Assembly: GCA_001822075.1 (NCBI GenBank)
Contig: MHPK01000004.1
Span: forward strand, 71,979 to 135,978
From: Candidatus Staskawiczbacteria bacterium RIFOXYB1_FULL_38_37
GTDB taxonomy: Bacteria; Patescibacteriota; Minisyncoccia; Minisyncoccales; Staskawiczbacteraceae
DNA: 64,000 nt
Direction: 5' to 3'
Shown here: positions 7,789-15,399 of the stretch, piece after piece
How the letters are laid out: every line of letters begins with the position of its first letter
How positions within the stretch are numbered: the stretch's first letter is position 1
Notes under the pieces: model-generated
The model's input: the letters and a program-made list of their open reading frames with translations, nothing else
Told to the model about the DNA's origin: nothing
The model's database searches: none
Translations under genes and position numbers: made by a program

Positions 7789-9882
7789 TTAAAGTGTTCT
7801 CGCTTCGTCTAATACTTCTTTTAATCTTCTTTGTTTATTGGTATTACCAGCAGCGGCAGTATGAGCACTTTCTATAACCGACCCGGGTGTTACTACGTTG
7901 GACCCGGCCGTCATAAGCCCGGCCATTTGTCTTATTATCTCTCTATTAGGATGTGCCGCTCTTCCAGTAGCCACATCTCCTGCATCAAGCATCTTAAATA
8001 CTTTCATGTCATCGCCGGTTCGGCTTAAAAGGAATTCTTGAAGATCATCTGTGTGTAAGTTGCCCAAATTAGTATTTGCGCGGGCTTCTTCGTCCATACT
8101 TCCCCAGTTTTGCTTCAATTTTATGTAGTCTGCTTTTTGCTCGGCTCTTGTTATATCGGTTGCACTAAGAACTCTCCTGGCTGCAGCCATTCTTTCAGCT
8201 GGCGAAGCTGTTCCTGCGGTGCCTGCTGGTAAAGCGGCATCAATTGTGGCTTTATGTCCCAAAGTTGTTAAAGCTGCATCCACACCTTTATCGCCAAGTC
8301 CAGCTAACTCATAATATTTATCTTCGGCATCTTTTCTCATATTCTTTGGAGCCTTGCCGGATTTTTCTGCAGTTTCCAGAGCATCATTCATTCTATAATA
8401 ATCAATCTGTCCGGTTGCTTGATTTTTGAACGCATCATGGAGTTTACCCTCGCTGGTAGCCGCTATTATTGCAGCGGTTCTGTCTATACCTGTGCCATTA
8501 TGAATTTTATCAAAAACCCTTTGTTGGTCTTGTTTGTTTCCTGATTTAAGCGCAGCTGTTAATGCCTTTATTGCTTCTGCAAGAGCTTTGTCATCTTTAG
8601 CAGCTCGTGTGCCAACTGGTATTGCTCCTGCCCCCTCCAATCCACGGCCAAAAGCAGACCTTGTTTTTTCTAGTTTTCCTTTAAACACATCGGCCCTGGC
8701 TTGTTGTTTGTTTGCTGCTCCAGAAACTGCACCCAATATTCTTCCAACCCTCGTAGTGCTTCCCCCTGCCTTATTACCTGCCCATCCCGTAATTTTGCCT
8801 AAAGTACCTGCTGATTTTGTCAGTGCGCCAAGTCCCATTTTCATTGCTGTGCCTTTATGTTTGTTTGCAAAGTTTGTTATAACACTTGATCCCATCGCTG
8901 AAAATTGTAAAGACACCAAAAACCCGGCGATTAAAAACATAGAAGGAACTAAAATTATACTGAAAGCATTTGATATGTAACTAATGTAAGTTGAGGTATT
9001 TGCTAAGTCTAATTCACTATGCTTCGAGAATGAACTATGTATTAATGTCGATCCTATATGATAAAATAGTCCTGCTGGTAAAATAATAATACACCATTGA
9101 AAGAAGTTTTTCCACCACATTTGGAAAATACCTCGTGAAAAAGGAAATACATAACAAACAAAGGCTAAAGGAGATAATATCACCAACATCCAGAGGGCGA
9201 TTACTCTCATTAAAAGTAAGAAAAAATATAAGATGTTAACGAGACCCGCCGCAACCCAAAACAGCACTAATCCGATTATTTTTGCAGCAAAATTTAAAAC
9301 ATTATCAGTTCCCAAATTTGTTAATATGGTCCATAAGCCCGATATTTCTGGAAACCACCCTGCCCAAAAATTATTAGTTTTGAAAAAATATCTCATTAGA
9401 ATATTCGAGCCATCAATAAAAATTCCGCAGATCAATAGCGAGAAGTTTATCAAAATGGTAGCTATTATTAGATTGATCAAAACTTTTTTAGAGCCGTATG
9501 ATTCAATTCTCAAGGTAAAAGCAATACCGACGATAACAAAACCCAAAACAACAAACATATTGGCGAGGTCTCTTACAATCGGCCATCCGAGATTTACAGC
9601 ATCGCTGTATATATAGGGCGTTCCAGATATCGCAAAAGCTATCGCTGCCTGCAAAAGAATGTTTGATATTGTAACAAAGAGCAATGCGAAAAGTAGCGGA
9701 ACCCAAAAAAAATAAGCTAGAATGCCCGCTAAAATTCCGTTTGCTACTACATTTGTTACCGAATCTAAAAGACCCGCAGAAGCAAATTGTGGAATAATAA
9801 GAAAAAATCCAACAATAAGCACGATGTAAGGTAGTGGTTTATTCTTTACAATAAATTTTGAATCAGAATTAAGAGATTTCAT
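7789..9882 (-). CDS. VirB6/TrbL-like polytopic membrane protein with a long Ala/Gly-rich soluble C-terminal extension
   Basis: 697 aa. The first ~330 aa contain about 8 hydrophobic helices; the C-terminal ~360 aa are soluble and encoded by markedly more GC-rich DNA (7789-8900). Position is next to other T4SS genes. Confidence 0.55.
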   Translation of the reverse strand: MKSLNSDSKFIVKNKPLPYIVLIVGFFLIIPQFASAGLLDSVTNVVANGILAGILAYFFWVPLLFALLFVTISNILLQAAIAFAISGTPYIYSDAVNLGWPIVRDLANMFVVLGFVIVGIAFTLRIESYGSKKVLINLIIATILINFSLLICGIFIDGSNILMRYFFKTNNFWAGWFPEISGLWTILTNLGTDNVLNFAAKIIGLVLFWVAAGLVNILYFFLLLMRVIALWMLVILSPLAFVCYVFPFSRGIFQMWWKNFFQWCIIILPAGLFYHIGSTLIHSSFSKHSELDLANTSTYISYISNAFSIILVPSMFLIAGFLVSLQFSAMGSSVITNFANKHKGTAMKMGLGALTKSAGTLGKITGWAGNKAGGSTTRVGRILGAVSGAANKQQARADVFKGKLEKTRSAFGRGLEGAGAIPVGTRAAKDDKALAEAIKALTAALKSGNKQDQQRVFDKIHNGTGIDRTAAIIAATSEGKLHDAFKNQATGQIDYYRMNDALETAEKSGKAPKNMRKDAEDKYYELAGLGDKGVDAALTTLGHKATIDAALPAGTAGTASPAERMAAARRVLSATDITRAEQKADYIKLKQNWGSMDEEARANTNLGNLHTDDLQEFLLSRTGDDMKVFKMLDAGDVATGRAAHPNREIIRQMAGLMTAGSNVVTPGSVIESAHTAAAGNTNKQRRLKEVLDEARTL

Positions 9883-9884
9883 TT

Positions 9885-10286
9885 TTAGTTTTCTTTTAAT
9901 GTTTTATAAACAAACCATATCCATGTGGGCGAAGCCCCGCCTAAAAATGGAAATATTTCTATCATGGAAGTTGTGATAAATCTCCTTAAGCCCTTTTTAA
10001 CAACGTCTTTATTAAAACCAGACCTGAAAAAAACCCACCCTCCGATAATAGCTAATCCAACCGCATCTAATATTCCATAATCGTCTATAGCAAACCAAGT
10101 TCCAAGAATAAAAATAATAAAGCCAATTCCATCTAAAAGTCCGGCAATGCATAACATTAAAATTCCTTCGGGAGATGTCAAATTAGCATTTGCGCTTTTT
10201 TCTTCTGTGCCTTCGTCGGTTGTTTCATCTGAAGGGTTGCTATTATCTGTTGTACCTTCTTTTTTGTCTGTTGCATCTGCCATCAA
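9885..10286 (-). CDS. Small membrane protein with an acidic N-terminal tail, first gene of the T4SS-like cluster
   Basis: 133 aa with 3-4 predicted TM helices; its stop lies 2 nt before the VirB6-like start. Confidence 0.6.
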   Translation of the reverse strand: MMADATDKKEGTTDNSNPSDETTDEGTEEKSANANLTSPEGILMLCIAGLLDGIGFIIFILGTWFAIDDYGILDAVGLAIIGGWVFFRSGFNKDVVKKGLRRFITTSMIEIFPFLGGASPTWIWFVYKTLKEN

Positions 10287-10363
10287 TGTTGAACTTTTGT
10301 TTTGATTATATAAAATCGTTTTCTGCAGAAGCCCGGCATCTGCAGAAAAACAGAAATATTATT

Positions 10364-10409
10364 TAATTTTACATTATTTAAAGATTTCAAGGAAGCCAAG
10401 TTATTAACA
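10364..10409 (-). pseudogene. Fossil fragment of a ksgA 3' region (repeat R, copy 1)
   Basis: 46/46 nt identical to 11338-11383; the minus strand reads NNLASLKSLNNVKL. Confidence 0.6.
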
Positions 10410-10451
10410 GGCCATTTATTTTAATATAAAAATTTGTTATCATAAAGCCGT

Positions 10452-10859
10452 ATGGAAATAATAGCAGAACAAAAATTAAGTGTTGCAAAAGTTGCCAAAA
10501 AATTTAAGTTGAAATTAATTTTAATTTTTGGATCTTTTGCAAGCGGCAAACAACGAAAAGGCAGCGATTTAGATGTCGCTATTTTGGGTTTAAAGGGCAT
10601 TTCTTTTAATGAGGAAATTAAAATAGCTGGCGAATTGTCATTAATTTTTAGCAAAAATGTTGATATATCGGTTTTAAATACTGCTAATCCGCTGCTAACT
10701 TTTCAGGCAAGCAAAAATAGCATTTTACTTTATGGAAATAAAGAAGATTTTTTTAAGTTTAAAATATATGCGTTTAGCAGATATAATGATTATGCCCCTT
10801 ATTTTTTGATGGAGAGAGATTTAAACAAAAAAATAATAAACTCCTATGCCAGCCGATAA
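10452..10859 (+). CDS. mntA: MntA-type nucleotidyltransferase antitoxin
   Basis: 135 aa; minimal NTase motif GSFASGKQRKGSDLDVAIL; overlaps the downstream HEPN gene by 14 nt. Confidence 0.8.
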   Translation: MEIIAEQKLSVAKVAKKFKLKLILIFGSFASGKQRKGSDLDVAILGLKGISFNEEIKIAGELSLIFSKNVDISVLNTANPLLTFQASKNSILLYGNKEDFFKFKIYAFSRYNDYAPYFLMERDLNKKIINSYASR

Positions 10860-11268
10860 AGAGCTTGTAAATCGCAAAATAACCCTGATAAACGAAGACT
10901 TAAAGAGTTTAAAATTATTAAGCAAAGTTTCCCTTAAAACATATTTAAGTAAAACAGATTACGAAGTCTTGGCAGAAAGGTATTTAGAAAGAATCATTGG
11001 TCGCATGATTGACATTAACTACCACATTTTATCCGAGAACGATAACAAAATTCCTGTTGATTTTTATACATCTTTCATAGAATTGGGCAAAAAGAAATAT
11101 CTTTCGCTAAAATTGGCAAAAACTATGGCTAATTCCGCTGGTTTGAGAAATCGGCTTGCGCACGAATATGATGAAATTGATCCAAAAAAAGTTTATGGAG
11201 CGGTGAAGAGTTGTTTGAAAGATACTCCAAAATACTTAAAAAGTATAATAAAGTCATTGGGCTTGTAA
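10846..11268 (+). CDS. hepT: HepT (DUF86/HEPN) toxin
   Basis: 140 aa; HEPN Rx4-6H motif RNRLAHEYDEID near the C-terminus. Confidence 0.8.
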   Translation: MPADKELVNRKITLINEDLKSLKLLSKVSLKTYLSKTDYEVLAERYLERIIGRMIDINYHILSENDNKIPVDFYTSFIELGKKKYLSLKLAKTMANSAGLRNRLAHEYDEIDPKKVYGAVKSCLKDTPKYLKSIIKSLGL

Positions 11269-11277
11269 GCTATCTGC

Positions 11278-11383
11278 CAGATTTTTCCAATCTTTAATAG
11301 ATAGGGTTTCTGCGCGCTGGTTGGGATTAATGTTATCTAATTTTACATTATTTAAAGATTTCAAGGAAGCCAAGTTATTAACA
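11278..11383 (-). pseudogene. Fossil copy of the ksgA 3' end (about 35 codons)
   Basis: The minus strand reads NNLASLKSLNNVKLDNINPNQRAETLSIKDWKNLADS. Compare the real KsgA C-terminus NIDPKQRAETLSIEDWKNLANTPSKW. Confidence 0.75.
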
Positions 11384-11400
11384 TGTGATTAACATGTGAC

Positions 11401-11432
11401 GAGTTTGTAGTTGGTAGTGAGTAGTTGGTAGC
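11401..11432. repeat. Left inverted repeat (heptad TNNGTAG array) flanking the four-helix-bundle gene
   Basis: GAGTTTGTAGTTGGTAGTGAGTAGTTGGTAGC is about 25/28 complementary to 11832-11864. Confidence 0.7.
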
Positions 11433-11445
11433 AAATACTAAATAA

Positions 11446-11805
11446 TCAATCTTTCAACTCTTTTGTAAGTTTATTTAACATGCGCATTATTTGGCACAAG
11501 AGGTCTTCTATGTTTGGATAGATTTCTTTTTTACTAAACTGTAGTCTTTTGGCTATTTTTATTTGGGTTTCCAGCTCTGCGCCAGACCCATAAGCGTTTA
11601 AAAGAAAATTACGAAAATCTTTTCGTGAACTTCGACGGCTGCCTTCGGCAATATTAGAGGGAATAGAAACTGATGCTCTGCGCATTTGAGAAACCAATCC
11701 ATATATTTCTTCTTTTGGAAAATTTTGAGTTAATTCATAAACAAGAATAACCAAGTCCATTGACTTTTGCCAAACAATTAAATTTTCGTAAGATTCTATC
11801 CCCAT
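11446..11805 (-). CDS. Four-helix-bundle protein (23S rRNA intervening-sequence protein family)
   Basis: 119 aa; ASVSIPSNIAEGSRRSSRKDFRNFLLNAYGSGAELETQ signature. Confidence 0.85.
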   Translation of the reverse strand: MGIESYENLIVWQKSMDLVILVYELTQNFPKEEIYGLVSQMRRASVSIPSNIAEGSRRSSRKDFRNFLLNAYGSGAELETQIKIAKRLQFSKKEIYPNIEDLLCQIMRMLNKLTKELKD

Positions 11806-11831
11806 ATTTTTTAATTATGTTTCTGCGTCTT

Positions 11832-11864
11832 CTACAAACTACTCACTACAAACTACCAACTAAC
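11832..11864. repeat. Right inverted repeat flanking the four-helix-bundle gene
   Basis: CTACAAACTACTCACTACAAACTACCAACTAAC, the reverse-complement partner of 11401-11432. Confidence 0.7.
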
Positions 11865-11925
11865 TTGATCCAATCCTTGACCGATAAAGTTTCGGCTCGT
11901 TGGGTCGGTTTTAAGTTATTTTTTA
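11864..11925 (-). pseudogene. Second, more diverged fossil copy of the ksgA 3' end
   Basis: The minus strand reads NNLKPTQRAETLSVKDWIKLVGSL*, with an in-frame stop just upstream. Confidence 0.65.
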
Positions 11926-12015
11926 AAAGCTATATTTCTACTTCTTGTTTTTTAAGCACTTATTTAAAAATGAATGAGGCGGACGTCGAGCAGCCCCAAA
12001 TGTCTGAAACAACAA

Positions 12016-12702
12016 TTAAAAAAATGCTTTATACCCAATGTTTTTTTTAATTTCCAGAAGGAAAAAAGATTTTACGTCCTTCCATGTTGCCTTAAAATAA
12101 GTTTTGGGAGAGGGGTCTTCCTCGGCATCTTCAAAGTACGTAAGTGATTTTATAATGTGAGATAAATTTTGCTTTACAGAATATTGACTCATAGCCATAT
12201 CAATTGTTTTTTTTAATGGTTGAACATTTAAGGACAGCCAGTATAAATCAAAAAAATCGCGTTTCCTTCCGCGTTGGCTTATGGCTGCAATTTTCATTGC
12301 GGCAATGTCTTCTGGCGACATTATGGAAACAGCGCCGATTTTTAAAAAAGGTTTTGAAGCCTTAAAAAACGGGTATGAAATTAAACTTATTTTTGCTCTG
12401 TTAAGTTCTCCATATAATGTCCCTTCTTTAAGGAATGTTGTTTTCCAACCGCCGCCAATGCTTAAAATTTCTTCGGCATTTTTTTCATCAAACGATTTTT
12501 TAGGAGTAAAAAAATCCAAATCTATTGAACTGCGGTGTCCTTTTTGTATAGACAAAGCAGTCCCGCCGGCAAGGTACCAGCCGTTTTGCGCAAAAAAAGG
12601 AATTTCAATGCATCGTAGAAATGCTTTTTTAGTAGCTCTTGGAATTGCGCCCAAATACAATTTTTCCAATGCGGTTTTATCTATTTTAGAAAAAGAGACC
12701 AT
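12016..12702 (-). CDS. AbiEii/AbiGii-family nucleotidyltransferase toxin
   Basis: 228 aa; LAGGTALSIQKGHRSSIDLDFF motif typical of the family. Confidence 0.75.
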   Translation of the reverse strand: MVSFSKIDKTALEKLYLGAIPRATKKAFLRCIEIPFFAQNGWYLAGGTALSIQKGHRSSIDLDFFTPKKSFDEKNAEEILSIGGGWKTTFLKEGTLYGELNRAKISLISYPFFKASKPFLKIGAVSIMSPEDIAAMKIAAISQRGRKRDFFDLYWLSLNVQPLKKTIDMAMSQYSVKQNLSHIIKSLTYFEDAEEDPSPKTYFKATWKDVKSFFLLEIKKNIGYKAFF

Positions 12703-12905
12703 AAGGATTTTGATTTTTTGCTAATTTGGGCTCTTGGCAGATTCATCACTTTTTTTATTTTATTTTTAGAGTATGTTTTAAAAAGCCAGCGAACTTCATC
12801 CGGCTCTCCAAATTCTAATATTCGTTCAATTATATATCTAGCATTCTTTCCGACGTCGATATTTTTTGGATCGGTATCCCAAAAGAGGGTTTCTCTGAAC
12901 TTCAT
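12681..12905 (-). CDS. Small putative antitoxin partner of the AbiEii-like gene
   Basis: Start trimmed to ATG 12905 (MKFRETLFWDTDPKNIDVGKNARYIIERILEFG..), because the longer ORF overlaps the ksgA 3' end. Overlaps the toxin start by 22 nt. Confidence 0.6.
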   Translation of the reverse strand: MKFRETLFWDTDPKNIDVGKNARYIIERILEFGEPDEVRWLFKTYSKNKIKKVMNLPRAQISKKSKSLWSLFLK

Positions 12906-12915
12906 ATGTTTAATT

Positions 12916-13770
12916 TTACCATTTTGAAGGGGTGTTTGCAAGGTTTTTCCAATCTTCAATAGACAGAGTTTCTGCGCGTTGTTTGGGGTCAATGTTATTT
13001 TTTATTAGTATAGCATCCACTTGTTTTTTATCGATTTTTAAAATTTTTGATAAGTTACCAGCAAGTTGTTTTCTTGGATGAGAAAATCCGGCTTTAACAA
13101 TTTTAAAAAATAAAACTGGGTCAATTTTATTTTTATTCTCCCGTGGAATAATTTTTATTATTGCAGAATCAACTTTTGGAGAAGGCCAAAAACAATTTTT
13201 TGAAACATAAGAAATAATTTTAACATCTGCGTAAAATTGCACAGACACAGCCAGCAAGCTCATATCAGGAGGCTTTGAGCATATTCTTTGAGCAACTTCT
13301 TTTTGAACCATCAAAATTATTTCTGAAGGCTTGTTATCAGATTCTAAAAATTTTCTTATTAAGGGCGAGGTAAGGTAGTACGGTATGTTAGAGACGACTT
13401 TATAATTTGAAAATTGAGAAATTAAGTTTTGATTTAAAATTGAAAATTTAAAATTTAAAATTCTGAGAATATCGCCGTTTATAATTTCTATATTTTTATA
13501 ATCTTTTAATGTTTCACCCAAAATTTTTATCATTATTTTGTCTTTTTCCACGGCAATCACCTTTTTTGCATTTTTTGCAAGCTCCTGCGTTAAGGTGCCA
13601 ATTCCAGGCCCTACCTCCAGCACAACATCATTTTTATTTAAATCAGCAGCGCCAATAATTTTTTTAAGGACATTTTTATCAATTAAAAAATTTTGGCCAA
13701 GTCCTTTAGACGGCCGGGCGCTATATTTTGATAAAATTTCTTTAATTGTTGTTGGAGAAGTTAAATCCAT
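12916..13770 (-). CDS. rsmA: 16S rRNA (adenine1518/1519-N6)-dimethyltransferase
   Basis: 284 aa; SAM motif LEVGPGIGTLT and NIPYYLTSP. Contains an AT-rich repeat insertion at 13432-13462. Confidence 0.92.
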   Translation of the reverse strand: MDLTSPTTIKEILSKYSARPSKGLGQNFLIDKNVLKKIIGAADLNKNDVVLEVGPGIGTLTQELAKNAKKVIAVEKDKIMIKILGETLKDYKNIEIINGDILRILNFKFSILNQNLISQFSNYKVVSNIPYYLTSPLIRKFLESDNKPSEIILMVQKEVAQRICSKPPDMSLLAVSVQFYADVKIISYVSKNCFWPSPKVDSAIIKIIPRENKNKIDPVLFFKIVKAGFSHPRKQLAGNLSKILKIDKKQVDAILIKNNIDPKQRAETLSIEDWKNLANTPSKW

Positions 13771-13925
13771 TTTAAAATTATATCATATTTTTTAGTGTTT
13801 TGGTGTGCATAAACTGTCTTGACTTGGCTTCCTTGAAATGGTAAATTTGAATTAGGTTTTAAAATTAACCCGTAAAGGTTATTTCTAATATAACTAAAAA
13901 AATAAAACGGGCAAATCCAAGGGGG

Positions 13926-14987
13926 TTGTTTAAAAACCCTTCTTTTTACTTTGGGCTGGCAACCCTTGTTTTGTTTTTTGCAATGTGTTCTTCATGCAAT
14001 AATTTTGCAGCTGGCGCTGGTTTAGACGGCGGACACGTTGCGCTCTTTAATTCTTTTTTTGAAAATGTTGCAAATTTAAATGAAGATAGGTTATTTTATG
14101 GCCAAGATGACTCAATTCGGCTGGAAACGCCTGACTTAAAGATAGTTGGAGACAATTTTATTGGAGGCATCGCAGCTCCCCAAATTTTATCTACAAAAGT
14201 TTTAGGGGATGTGTTTGGCGGCTCCCCGCAAAGCAGAAAAGAAATTATTGAATATTCTGTGCAGCCTGGCGACACCCTGCAGTCTGTTGCAGCAGCTAAC
14301 GGCATATCTATAAATACATTGCTTTGGGCAAATGACCTGTCAAGTTCTTCAACAATAAAAGTGGGCCAAAGCTTGGTAATCTTGCCCGTAGACGGAGTTT
14401 TGCACATTGTAAAATCAGGAGATACCTTAAGCGGAATTTCCCAGATTTATAAATCAGATTCTGAAGACATATTAGCTTATAACAGCCTTGCTAACAGAGA
14501 CGATATTTATATTGGAGATATTTTGCTTGTTCCTGGAGGCGCAATGCCAAAAAAGGCAGCCCCAATAATAAACAACAACCAAGTTCCTTTAGCTGATAAT
14601 TTCTTTATTTATCCCACATCAGGCCGCGTATCCCAAGGGCTTCATTATTATAATGCAGTGGACGTTGCCAATAAATGCGGAACTCAGGTTTATGCCGTGG
14701 CTTCAGGGGTGGTGCAAAGGGTAAAATACGGGTATAACTATGGCGGAGGAAACCATGTAACAATTTTGCATTCAAACGGAATAGTAACTTATTACGGCCA
14801 CTTGATGACGATTTTTGTAAAGTCCGGAGACAAAGTTAATGTGGGCGACAGAATCGCTTTAATAGGAGGAGACACGGGAACTGCGGGAGATGGAATCTCA
14901 ACAGGGTGTCATTTGCACTTCCAGGTTATGGGGGCTAAAAATCCATTGGCAAGATATGCAGTGGGGACCACAATAAGCTTAAAATAA
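13926..14987 (+). CDS. Secreted LysM-domain M23 peptidase
   Basis: 353 aa; signal/lipobox-like LFFAMCSSC, two LysM repeats (YSVQPGDTLQSVAAANGIS; HIVKSGDTLSGISQIY), and the M23 HxH motif CHLHFQV. TTG start. Confidence 0.85.
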   Translation: MFKNPSFYFGLATLVLFFAMCSSCNNFAAGAGLDGGHVALFNSFFENVANLNEDRLFYGQDDSIRLETPDLKIVGDNFIGGIAAPQILSTKVLGDVFGGSPQSRKEIIEYSVQPGDTLQSVAAANGISINTLLWANDLSSSSTIKVGQSLVILPVDGVLHIVKSGDTLSGISQIYKSDSEDILAYNSLANRDDIYIGDILLVPGGAMPKKAAPIINNNQVPLADNFFIYPTSGRVSQGLHYYNAVDVANKCGTQVYAVASGVVQRVKYGYNYGGGNHVTILHSNGIVTYYGHLMTIFVKSGDKVNVGDRIALIGGDTGTAGDGISTGCHLHFQVMGAKNPLARYAVGTTISLK

Positions 14988-14992
14988 ATAAT

Positions 14993-15023
14993 AAAAAACC
15001 ACGGGCTATGCCCGTGGTTTTTA
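14993..15023. terminator. Bidirectional intrinsic terminator
   Basis: CCACGGGC-TAT-GCCCGTGG (14999-15017), flanked by an A-run and a T-run, between convergent genes. Confidence 0.8.
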
Positions 15024-15029
15024 CTTGCT

Positions 15030-15386
15030 TTATTTATTGTGCTCTATGCAGAACTTTGCTTCGGGAGCTGCCATTAGCCTTTCTTCTTCTATTTCTTTTT
15101 TGCATTTTTCACAAAGGCCGTACCTGCCTTTATCAATTTTTTCTAAAGCCGCATTAACGTCCCTCAGCTTCAGTTCCAAGCTGTGTTCCACTGAAAGCAT
15201 ATTATCATACTCCTGCATCTCGTCTGCCTCTTCCTCCATGCTTCCGTTTTCACGGTTAGGATATTTCGTTTCCCAGTCTCCTTTTGGCGCATCGTCTTTT
15301 TTTGCAAATGTTTCTAACTCTTTGGTTATAGAATTTTTTTGCGACTCTAATCTATTTTTTAATTCTTCAATTAATTTTGTATTCAT
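15030..15386 (-). CDS. DksA/TraR-family C4 zinc-finger protein
   Basis: Start trimmed to ATG 15386 (MNTKLIEELKNRL..). C-terminal CEKCKKEIEEERLMAAPEAKFCIEH. Confidence 0.75.
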   Translation of the reverse strand: MNTKLIEELKNRLESQKNSITKELETFAKKDDAPKGDWETKYPNRENGSMEEEADEMQEYDNMLSVEHSLELKLRDVNAALEKIDKGRYGLCEKCKKEIEEERLMAAPEAKFCIEHNK

Positions 15387-15399
15387 GTAATTTATATTA

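Noticed and set aside
12906-12992. N-terminal extensions of several track ORFs (12681-12992, 15030-15512, 17069-19297, 21904-22389, 34135-35277, 35274-35582, 37631-40930, 40974-41234, 45815-46360, 57028-58098)
   Set aside because: The extensions overlap neighbouring genes, tRNAs or repeat elements. Internal ATGs give the canonical N-termini, so the starts were trimmed as listed in the features.
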